A stretch of 64,000 nucleotides of DNA from an uncultured Gemmatimonadales bacterium. Its GTDB lineage: Bacteria; Gemmatimonadota; Gemmatimonadetes; Gemmatimonadales; Gemmatimonadaceae. Below the pieces are notes generated by a model, which searched no databases, had not been told where the DNA came from, and was given only the letters and a program-made list of their open reading frames with translations. Made by a program: the position numbers and the translations under genes. The first letter of the stretch is position 1; each line of letters opens with the position of its first letter. Of the stretch, positions 55,219-64,000 are shown one piece after another. The stretch covers positions 1 through 64,000 of the forward strand of contig CAWKMU010000003.1 in assembly GCA_963850905.1 (NCBI GenBank), given 5' to 3'.

Positions 55219-56439
55219 TCACTCGGCCCAGATCATCGGGCTCTTGATCCTGCTGCTCAACAGCATCTCGGTGTCGGCGTCGTACGTATACTCCTCCCTC
55301 AGGTCATCATTGATGAAGACCCGCAAGACGCCGCTTTTTGTGTCGTCTCGCGCATAGACACGGCGAGCGTGTGGATATTTGTCGCATGAGACGTTGACAC
55401 CGGAGTCAAACCCCTTCCCGATCGGCGTCAGGCGACACGTCTTCTCGAGCGTGCCGATGACGAACACTCCGTCGGGCGTGATCATGTCCGTGTACAGAAC
55501 TCCGCTGCCATCCGGGAACAGCGTCTGGTGCGTTTCGCCGGGCTTATAGTCAACGACCTTCAATGTCACGTCATCCGCAACCGTGTCATTTGCCAGGAGC
55601 CCATCGGGCCGAATATAGAAATGCGCCGTCTCACGGCTCTTGGGGCGCTGACTCCACACGACGAATATGTGCCAGTGGGGCGGTGCGTCCTCATGGGCAA
55701 CGGCCGGACCTTGCGTGGGAAAATTGGTGTCGAACCCCATCACGCGAATGGTACCGATCCCCTGCTCGTCAACGCGTCGATCGAGACCCAAGGCCCGAAT
55801 CGCCTCGCGGGCTGCGAACTCCAGATTGAGAGCCGCCTGATGCTCGACCTCAGGCCATGGTCCAGTCGCGTAGCGCCCACGTCTGCGCTCAATGTCCGCA
55901 TGTTCAATGCGGATTTGTACCCCCGGCGTTTCAATGTAGGTGTACGTTTCCGTCGCGTCGTCACTGTCGTACCACGGCAACGCCTCTAACGCAGGGTCTA
56001 CGAGCGGCGCGTCGAACTTGATCCCGTCCGCCACCCGTACGAAAGGCACACGGCTACGGCCAACGACAACGGCCCGCACCTGGGACGGGTCGACTTTGAT
56101 CTTGACTCCGACCACGGACTGCAGCGTGGTTGGTGCGCGAAAGTGAAAGTAGAACTCCTTGGAATCCTGCCCATCCGTAAAGCGATTCGAGATCAGCCCA
56201 CACGTCGTACACGACGTTGGAAACACGACGGACCACCTCACTGAATCTGCTTTGACCTTCAAGACGCGCACGCTGAGAAAACCTGGCAACACGTACCACT
56301 CGGCAAGAAAGCCGGGCGGGATCTGAAACCCCTCCTGCTCCAATGCCACTTGTGCTGCGAGCGGGTGTGCGCGTCCTACCAACATGGCGCCCACTGTCAC
56401 AACCGTGGCAAGGGACCTCACTCCGAGCAAACCCTTCAT
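55219..56439 (-). CDS. Secreted hypothetical protein
   Basis: 406-aa ORF with signal peptide and HEDAPPHWH His-rich motif; in operon with SusD. Confidence 0.7.
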   Translation of the reverse strand: MKGLLGVRSLATVVTVGAMLVGRAHPLAAQVALEQEGFQIPPGFLAEWYVLPGFLSVRVLKVKADSVRWSVVFPTSCTTCGLISNRFTDGQDSKEFYFHFRAPTTLQSVVGVKIKVDPSQVRAVVVGRSRVPFVRVADGIKFDAPLVDPALEALPWYDSDDATETYTYIETPGVQIRIEHADIERRRGRYATGPWPEVEHQAALNLEFAAREAIRALGLDRRVDEQGIGTIRVMGFDTNFPTQGPAVAHEDAPPHWHIFVVWSQRPKSRETAHFYIRPDGLLANDTVADDVTLKVVDYKPGETHQTLFPDGSGVLYTDMITPDGVFVIGTLEKTCRLTPIGKGFDSGVNVSCDKYPHARRVYARDDTKSGVLRVFINDDLREEYTYDADTEMLLSSRIKSPMIWAE

Positions 56440-56459
56440 TAGTCACCTCGTGTACCGCG

Positions 56460-58039
56460 TTACGGGCAAGTCAACGTCCAGACCCCACCCCGACTCTGTA
56501 TCTCGGATACCGGCACCGGCGCCACTGTCGTGTGGTAGTCGACCCCCGCCGTGCCGGCTACAGCCTGAATAGCAGCGACCGCGAGCGCGTCGGGCCCCGC
56601 CGTCGCCGCCCAAGTGGTATCACTCACCGCCGCCATTCCCCACATGCGAATGGCAATGAGGTGGTCGGCGCTGCCTTCGAGCACGGTGGAGATCCGGAGT
56701 TCCTTCATCAACGTGTCGCGCACCGCCGTGTAGCCCGGCGCGATCGTCAGAGCGGGCAAGCCGCCTGCTTGCTGGTGCACGGTGTTGATGAGCGTGATCG
56801 CGCCCGCGTAGTCCCCGAGCCCGAGGTGAATCTCAGCGCGGACCAGCGCTAATTCCTCCGCGCGCGTAACCGGCACCGGGCCATTCACGGTCGCGGCAGG
56901 CAGATAGCTCACGTCTACGCCCGCCGCTGAGTACTCCGGTAGCTGCAACGGCAGTGGGTTTGGAACAAACTTGTTCTTCCAGCGCAAATCGGCTGCCGAA
57001 TCAACGTCGGCCAACAGATCCTGCATCGGTGCGGTCTGACCATAGTACTGGTTCATCGGATTCGCGTAATCACCCGACTGCCCGCTGTACGTCTCGTACG
57101 CGCCGTATGGATCGAGCGCGAAGGGGCCAGGGACGGGCGGTGCAATGGCGGCGAGATTGTACAGCGCTGAGGCGGCCAGCGCGCTGTCGGCGCGCGTGAG
57201 AGCCGAGGCGTCCGGTGCCCCAGGGGAGCTCGGAGTCGGACTCGTCCCCGGCGTGCTGCGGGCAATGGCATAGGCGAATTCGAGCCCCGCCTTCCCCGCC
57301 AAGGCTCGGTTGAATGCTGCAAAGGCGCCCGGGGTTGTGCTCGGTGCTGCGGTCGCCCCAACCGAGGCGAAGCCCGCCGGCAATATCACCGGCAGCGGGA
57401 TGGCTCCCGCGGTGTTGAGGTCGACAAGTCCCGAGTCGAGAACGGCGACAATGTATTTCCAGACGTCCTTATTGCAGTAGGGCGGGCTTGTGATACCGTC
57501 GTGGATGGCATAGATCGGGACTCCGAGCGTATCAGTCAGCTCAGCCACCCACATGAAGTTCAGCGCCTTGATTGTTTGCGCGATGCCCGCGACCGCGAAT
57601 GCCTGCGCCGGCGTATAGGCAGCCACCTGGGGCAGGATTGCGAGAAGCTGGTTGGCCTGCAGCGCGTATTGAAACGGAGGCGACCACCCCGCGTTGTCAT
57701 ACGGCAACATCGGCGTCTCTCCGCTATAGTGGGTGACCAGCGGAGGCTGCGACGAGAGAAACAGCACTGCGTCGCGCGAAAACGCATTCACCATCCCCAG
57801 GAAGTAACCGTTGGTCTGCTCGGTGCGCATTCCGCCGAACAACCCGGTGATGGCATTTTGCACCCCTGTCGGGCTGTTCGGTATGCTCGTCGGCGCCGTG
57901 AAGTACGGCACGCGTGACTCACCGCACGCCGAAGTCGAGAGATGAATGTGAGGCCAGCAATCAGCGCAGGCCTGTAGCAGCGGCGTGTTGCGCCCCGAGG
58001 CGACGCGGCTCGCTCGTCGATCGAGAACGAGGGAATCAT
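56460..58039 (-). CDS. RagB/SusD-like lipoprotein, frameshift in the signal region
   Basis: Lipobox TSAC just upstream of ORF 57911; RAEELALVRAEI...AITLINTV...ELRISTVLEG. Confidence 0.8.
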
Positions 58040-58040
58040 G

Positions 58041-61000
58041 TCAAAAGCCCAGATCAAGGGAAAGGAAATAACTGCGCGCAGGCGGGTAAGGCGTGATCTG
58101 AAAGCCGCGCTCCACATCCTCGCTTTGGAACCAGGTCGCCGCCGGGTCCATGCCCGTGTAACCTGACGAGTACGAGTGCAGGAGATTCCGACCGGTGAGG
58201 TTGAGCCGTGCGCTCGCGATGCGCCCGCCGAGCGCGCGACTGATCCAGCGGGCCGGAACCGTGTAGCTTAGCGCAACCTCCCGGAGCCAGATCGTACTCG
58301 CTGGCTCTACAAACGGCGTGAGGTTCTGCACGGCCTGCTGGACACGTTTCGCCTCCAGAGCGGTATCGGCCAGCAGGAAGGGACCGTAGTCGAAGTAGTA
58401 GTTCGTGAGGTTGCTGATACTCGCACCCCGCTGCCACTCGACCAGGCCAGAGAGGCGGAACCCGCCGTAGCTAATCGAGTTATTGAAGGTCATGACATAG
58501 GACGGCTGGCCGTCGCCGACCTGCTTGGGCATGCCGTCCGAGGTCAGGACTGCCGTATTCACTATGTCCGAAACGGACCGTCCCACCTGGATCCAGTATT
58601 CCCCGTACGGGCCACCGAATTCCTCGTACCCTGGGGTGAATGGCCCGACTGGCAACGCATTCACGACGCTGTAGTTGCGATAGAACGTCGTCGTCGTGAG
58701 CCACGTCAGCCCTTGCGGCGTCTGCACAGGTGTGGCCGAGAGCGATAGCTCAATTCCCTGGTTCGTGAATTCGCCACCGTTCGACCAGTCGCTCGTGTAT
58801 CCGAGCGACGCGGGCACACCCGCCTGAAGCAGTAGATTCGTGATGCGCTTTTGATACACGGTCGCGCTGAGCTGTGCTCGCGATCGAAACATCGTCCCGT
58901 CAACGCCCATCTCGATTTCCGCCTCCGACTCAGGCTTGATGGTTGGATCGCCCAGCGTGGTCGTGTTCGTGATCCCGGGCAGCCCACTCGCGATGAGTGT
59001 CGTGAGAGGCGTGTACTGGACGCCGTAATTGGGTTGCGTCCCCGATTGCCCGTACGCGGCCCGCAGCTTGAGCTCGTCCAAAAAGCCCACAAACTGTGGG
59101 ACGCGATACGACGCCGAGTACCGCGGGTAGGCGTAGAATTTGTTGAAGTTGCCGTCGTTCGACGTGCGCTCCGCCGTGACCCCGGCCGTCACGGCCAAGC
59201 GGTCCGACAGCGTGATGACTTGCTCCTGCGCGTACCACGACTGATCGTGTTGCGCCGACTTGGAGAAGAAATTGCTCTGCACCGCCCCGATCGCTGGCAA
59301 TGCCGCGCCTGCGATCAGCTGTTGCGAGACGCTGGACGGGTTGATCAGCTGTCAATGTTCGTCGCCAAATCCCACCAATGTCGTAAAGTCCAGCTGCGAC
59401 AGTCCTGTGTAGTGGTGGATAACGTTCAGCGAGAGGTTCGAGTACGAGGTGTTCGCTTCTGCGGTCGTCGCGACCCCTGGCAGTGACGTCGCCTGCTCGA
59501 CCTGCAGAGCCGGCGGCGCATAGAGATCGTCGTGTTGATCGGTGTAGTCCGCTCCGCCAAGGACGTTGACGCGAAGGCTCTGATGCTCCGTGCTCCAGGC
59601 CGTCCAGTTGATGTTGCCGCCGCCAATGAAGCGGTTTACAGTCTCCGGCGTTTGGACCTCGGCGGCGTCCGCGAACGGATTCGCGGGGCCAAACGGGTTA
59701 ACCGGCCAGAGACCGTCCGCATGCTGCTGATCCAGCGTCACGAACTGCGGCGTGTACGCAAACGCGTTGTACGGGGCGATGCCGATATTGTCGTTCCCAC
59801 TGATCCCGCGCCGGGTGAGCGAGTGCGCGTATGTGAGATTCGCCGAGACCGAGAGGGTGCTGAAGAGCTGCTGCGTGACGTTCGCGCGGACGGTGCTTTT
59901 TTGGTACCCGGTGTTCGTCTGAATCCCGTTGTCGTACTTGGCGAGCCCCGACACGAAATACTGGGTCTGCGCCAGCGCCCCGCTCAAGCTGATGTCCGTT
60001 TCGTACGCGGCCTGCGGATTGCTGAACAGCTGGCTCTGGTAGTCCTGCGGACCCGAGTAGACCGACGCGATCTTGGATTCGCCATACCCGAGCGGTGCCC
60101 CCCAATCCTGTGCACTCGCGAGCGTCGGGAACTGTCGAAGAGCTAAAGTCTGCGCATCGGTGAAGTGGCCGACCGTTTGCGAGATCAACCACGAGGGCTT
60201 GCCGGCGGTCCCATGCTTCGTCGTGATGATGATCACCCCCAATGACGCCTTGGACCCGTAGATCGCCGACGCCGACGCGCCCTTCAAGACCTCGACCGAC
60301 TCAATGTCGTCCGGGTTGAGGTCAGCAATGCGGTTGGTGCCGTTGTCGACCTCGTTGGGCTGCAGGACTCCGCCCGCAGTAATGGCACTCTCGCCGGAGT
60401 AGGCCGTCTGGTTGTTCACGATCACCCCGTCGACGACGTAGAGCGGTGTCGCCGCCGCGTTGATGGACGTGATCCCCCTGATCTGCACGTAGAGCCCCCC
60501 ACCGGGGGCCCCGCTGTTGTTCGTCTCGATCACTGCGCCGGGCACCTGGCCTTGCAGCGAGTTCTCGATAGTCGGCGCTGGCACAGCCGTGATGTTCTGC
60601 GCGGGGACGACCGCGACGTCGTTCGCGGCGTTCTGAGACGACACAGTTGTCGCCACCCCCGTGACCACCTGCGCCTCGAGGCGAAGGACGTCCTGCCGCA
60701 GCGCGACGGTGTAGTCCATCTGTCCCGCGACGATCGGCACGATCTGGGCGAGATAACCAATGCGACGCACCGTCAGTGATTTCGCACCCGTGGGAAGCCG
60801 GAAACTGAACGTTCCGCTGTCCGTGGTGTTTTGTCCTGTCGTGGTGCCTGTTACCACAACGGACGCAGCGGCCACGGGCTGCTTACTGCCGGCGTCGAGC
60901 ACTCGCCCCGTAACCCGCGAGTCTTGACGGTGCGTGCTGGTGTGTTCGTCGATACGCGGTGGTCGCCCAACCAGCACGGCATCACCGCGAATCGAGACGT

Positions 61001-61370
61001 ATGCTGGGAGTCCGGTGCCCTCGAGCACGATCGCCAAGGCGTTGGCAACACTCACGTTTGCCACGTGGAGCGAGACATGCGCTCGCGACGCCAGCACGTC
61101 TGGCCCCAACTGGATTGCGACACCTGCGGCTTCGCCGACTGCGAGCAGGGCGTCTTTGAGCGAGGAAACGCGAAGGTCGAGCGAGACCGACTCCCGAAGG
61201 ATCGCAGCGGCGCTGTTGGTCGTCCGCACCCACGTGTCCTGCCGTGTATCGGGGGGAGTGTTTGCGGCGAGCGCGTTCGAGTCAGGCGTTCGCGTCGGCT
61301 CCTGAGCTGCGATCCGAGCGGCGAACATCGCGAGAGCGAATGCGAATCGAGGTACAATTGTCACGGTCAT
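58041..61370 (-). CDS. SusC/RagA-like TonB-dependent receptor with N-terminal signalling extension, frameshifted near 59350
   Basis: PLYVVDGV, ADLNPDDIESVEVLKGASASAIYGSKAS.GVIIITTK; C-terminal YPPARSYFLSLDLGF. Confidence 0.9.
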
Positions 61371-61408
61371 TGGATGTTCCGCCGAACACAAGAGGACGCG
61401 AGCAGAGC

Positions 61409-62481
61409 TCACGATCGCGGGATGGCATGGAAGGTCACTGTTCGGCCAGTACGCTCGTAGCGCGTGCCAGTGAGCAACACGAGTGCGTCGAGCACTTCGG
61501 TGCTGCTCTGGGAGCCGAATGTGACTGTCAGCAGTTGACGTCCGAGCGCGGGATCCGCGAGCTGTATGTCGAGATCCCACCAGCGACCGATCAATGCACT
61601 GACCTCGCTGAAGGGCACTGAGTCGAAGGCGAGACGTCCTTCCGTCCAGCCAATTGCTGCAGCGGATTTCACTCCGTGCCGGAGCGCAGCCAACTGACCT
61701 GACGTATCGATCAGCGCGAGATCGTTTGCTTGTAATTCGACCTGGGCGACGTTGACCTTGCCTTCGGAAACGACCACCTGCCTCCGCGTCGCGCCGCCAT
61801 AGGCCGTAACGGCGAACCGCGTCCCGATATCGCGGATAGTGAGGTGGCCGGCATGGACTGCGAAGGGACGGGCCGCGTCATGTCGGACCACAAAGTACGC
61901 TTCGCCGTCGAGGTAAACATCGCGTGTCGGCTCGCCGTAATCGTCGGGAATGCGAAGGCTTGTAGCGGCGCCCAACACGATCTGCGTTCCATCATCCAGT
62001 TGGAGATTGGCGCGTTGCGCCGGGCGGGTCGAGAATTCTCGCGCGCCCCGAGGCGACGCGGGGTGCGGCTGTCGAATCCGACCAATCGCGATGCCCCCGT
62101 CACACCCAGGACTGCGAGCACGAACGCAGCCGCGGCCGCTGCGGGAAACCGGATCAGCGCTGTCCTCCAGGAGTCCCGACGCTCGCCCCGAACCACCAAC
62201 AGGGCTTTGCGGCGCTCACTCGAAGCAATGACCCGCCCCTCGACATCGCGGCCTTCTCTCGCCGCGGCAGTCAGTCGCGCACTCAGTCGGACCCATGCCG
62301 TCTCAGGATCTGTCATGCGCGACCGCGACTCGAGGGCGCGCGCAAGTTTGCGAAGCAATGCCAGTTCTGCAGCACGATCCGGTCGAGCCGCCAGCCAGCG
62401 CTCCACCTCGGCGCGCTCGGCTGGGGAGCACGCTCCGGTAATGTGGCGAGCCAGCAAATGATGATCGGACGAATCGTGCAT
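61409..62481 (-). CDS. FecR-family anti-sigma/signal transducer, frameshifted near 62030
   Basis: ERAEVERWL, a TM segment, R.VYLDGEAYFVV.HD..RPF.V...IGTRFAV and WTEGRLAF. Confidence 0.87.
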
Positions 62482-62577
62482 CGGGTGCCTGGCGCTCGGG
62501 TCAGCGAGTTTCCGCTATTTCAATGCGGAACCTCCGGCAAAACCCAACGTCCCTTTCCAAGCGCGGTGCTAACCGAC

Positions 62578-63261
62578 TCAGAAGAACTTCTCGAGTTCTC
62601 GGCGAATGGCCCTGAGGCCGAGCATGATCTCCCGCTCGACATACTTGACGGACGTTCCCATTGTTCGCGCGACCTCGGCGTTCGCGAGGTGGTACTCCCA
62701 GCGCAACGTCACCGCCAGGCGCCGACGCTCCGGCAGGTGCCCTAATGCCGCATGCAGCGCTGCGGTCACCTCGTTCCGACGACAGGCTTCGTCGGTGGGC
62801 TCGGGGCCTTGCCCCATGCCAGTACGTTCCACGCCGCCGCTGGCAGCCGCCTCCCATCTACTCGCGACGCGGTCATGCCGCCGACGTCCGGACAGGTAGT
62901 TGCGTACCGCCACGACCAGATACGCTTGGATACTGCCGCGCAGCTTCCACCGAGGACCAAGCGCCCAAATGTTGTACATCACGTCTTGTACGCATTCGTC
63001 CGCGAGATCCTTGTCCTGCGTCAGTGCCACTACGTAGGCGTGTAGCTCGACGTAGTACACGTCGAACATGGTCTTGAACGCTCCGGCATCCCCTGCGCGA
63101 ATGCGCGCGGCCATCGCCGCATCGGCCGTCGGTGGTGACAGCTCGTCCAGCCGGTCGCGACGCACTGAACTCGGCACCTGCATCGGGCCGGCCAGCGAAA
63201 GCCCTGGGGCGGGATCCGCCATCGAACTGACGACCTGGAGGTCCGCAGCTGGATCGGTCAT
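62578..63261 (-). CDS. ECF sigma factor (FecI-like)
   Basis: GDAGAF...ADECVQDV...YLVVAVRN...LPERRRLAVTLRW...EVARTMG.S. Confidence 0.9.
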   Translation of the reverse strand: MTDPAADLQVVSSMADPAPGLSLAGPMQVPSSVRRDRLDELSPPTADAAMAARIRAGDAGAFKTMFDVYYVELHAYVVALTQDKDLADECVQDVMYNIWALGPRWKLRGSIQAYLVVAVRNYLSGRRRHDRVASRWEAAASGGVERTGMGQGPEPTDEACRRNEVTAALHAALGHLPERRRLAVTLRWEYHLANAEVARTMGTSVKYVEREIMLGLRAIRRELEKFF

Positions 63262-63684
63262 GGGCCGTCACGATTATGCCCACGTTTGCTGACGCGCAAG
63301 GCACCTTACCGATCGCTCTCTGGTCGACAACTATAGGGCGCGTCGAAAGAATCGACCGACACGTGACCAAGTTGTGACCACCGGAGAAACGCCCGGCCGC
63401 CTGCGGCGATCATCAACGCACAAGGAATGGCTGCTCATCCCTAGGCTCGTCGCTACAGATCGAGCAAGGGCTCGACGAGAATCAATGCCACGATCGCGAA
63501 CTCGAGGAGCTCCGCGCGGGGTGCTTAGGCTTCGCTGTTCAGCATGCGCACATCTCACGGAGGTTGGGAGCTTGCGGTCAGTGCCGCGACGCAACTCCTG
63601 GCGCCCGAAAGAGACTCGACCCCGCGGGTTGCCGGTCAGGAACTGGCCGACGACAGAGCCGGCACAAGTCGACCATCGCTGCAG

Positions 63685-63777
63685 CCCCGCGGCAAGCGCC
63701 GCCTCGCCGCGCACACAGCGTCGGCCAGTCCCACACTCTTCTGGTACCACGAGAAGCTTCTCGAACGCAAACGCCAT
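63685..63777 (-). pseudogene. Four-helix-bundle protein, N-terminal stub; copy 5
   Basis: MAFAFEKLLV / YQKSVGLADAVCAARRRLPRG. Confidence 0.8.
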
Positions 63778-63817
63778 GCGTCTATGCTGCCCGATCGGCG
63801 TCGGCAGACCGTCAGGG

Positions 63818-63948
63818 CAGAAAGTAGAAAGTAGAGGGAGTAGCACGGCCCCGTGGCGCTCACTGCCATCGGGGCCGCTGTTGCTGTTCGTCTACTTTCT
63901 ACTTTCTGTTTCGCTACCCTCTATTTTCCCCGCTCCGCGGGGAAAAAT
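63818..63948. repeat. Structured post-tRNA tail, T/A type
   Basis: Perfect 18-bp inverted repeat CAGAAAGTAGAAAGTAGA (63818-63835) / TCTACTTTCTACTTTCTG (63891-63908); TTTTCCCCGC-TCC-GCGGGGAAAA hairpin. Confidence 0.9.
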
Positions 63949-63989
63949 GGGCCTGGGTAGAGTTGAACTACCGACCTCACGCTTATCAG
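63948..63989 (-). tRNA. 3' half of tRNA-Ile(GAT), att-site scar 7
   Basis: Identical core that ends exactly at the anticodon-loop boundary (TTATCAG). Confidence 0.92.
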
Positions 63990-64000
63990 CCAAGTTGCCT

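Overview
GC-rich bacterial accessory region with no core housekeeping synteny. The SusC/SusD-FecIR set and the ADOP-type permease resemble Gemmatimonadota or Acidobacteriota genes, but that assignment is inference only. The dominant structure is a head-to-tail array of integrative units punctuated by seven identical 3' halves of tRNA-Ile(GAT) on the minus strand, starting at 17467, 35208, 37807, 41261, 46625, 52321 and 63948. Each half begins at the anticodon loop. On its right side, each fragment with enough flanking sequence has a tandem 12-bp direct repeat resembling an integrase arm site: 105-106 bp from the loop in five copies, about 95 bp in a sixth. On its left side, five of the seven have a conserved, covarying structured tail: a terminator-like hairpin plus nested heptamer inverted repeats, which in four copies leads into a four-helix-bundle (TIGR02436/Avd-like) gene cut at different lengths. 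An orphan tail (13.4-13.9 kb) and an orphan arm (33.9 kb) mark two more eroded junctions. No tyrosine or serine integrase gene is present in the window. Cargo includes four toxin-antitoxin pairs, a thiol-redox cluster with two predicted selenoproteins (UGSC motif; PrdB/GrdB-like UxxC) plus a nitrilase, Fe-S biogenesis genes, an ECF-FecR-SusCD-phosphatase set, an IS30 element and an IorAB-like molybdoenzyme. Many genes carry single-base frameshifts, probably at least partly long-read indel errors.
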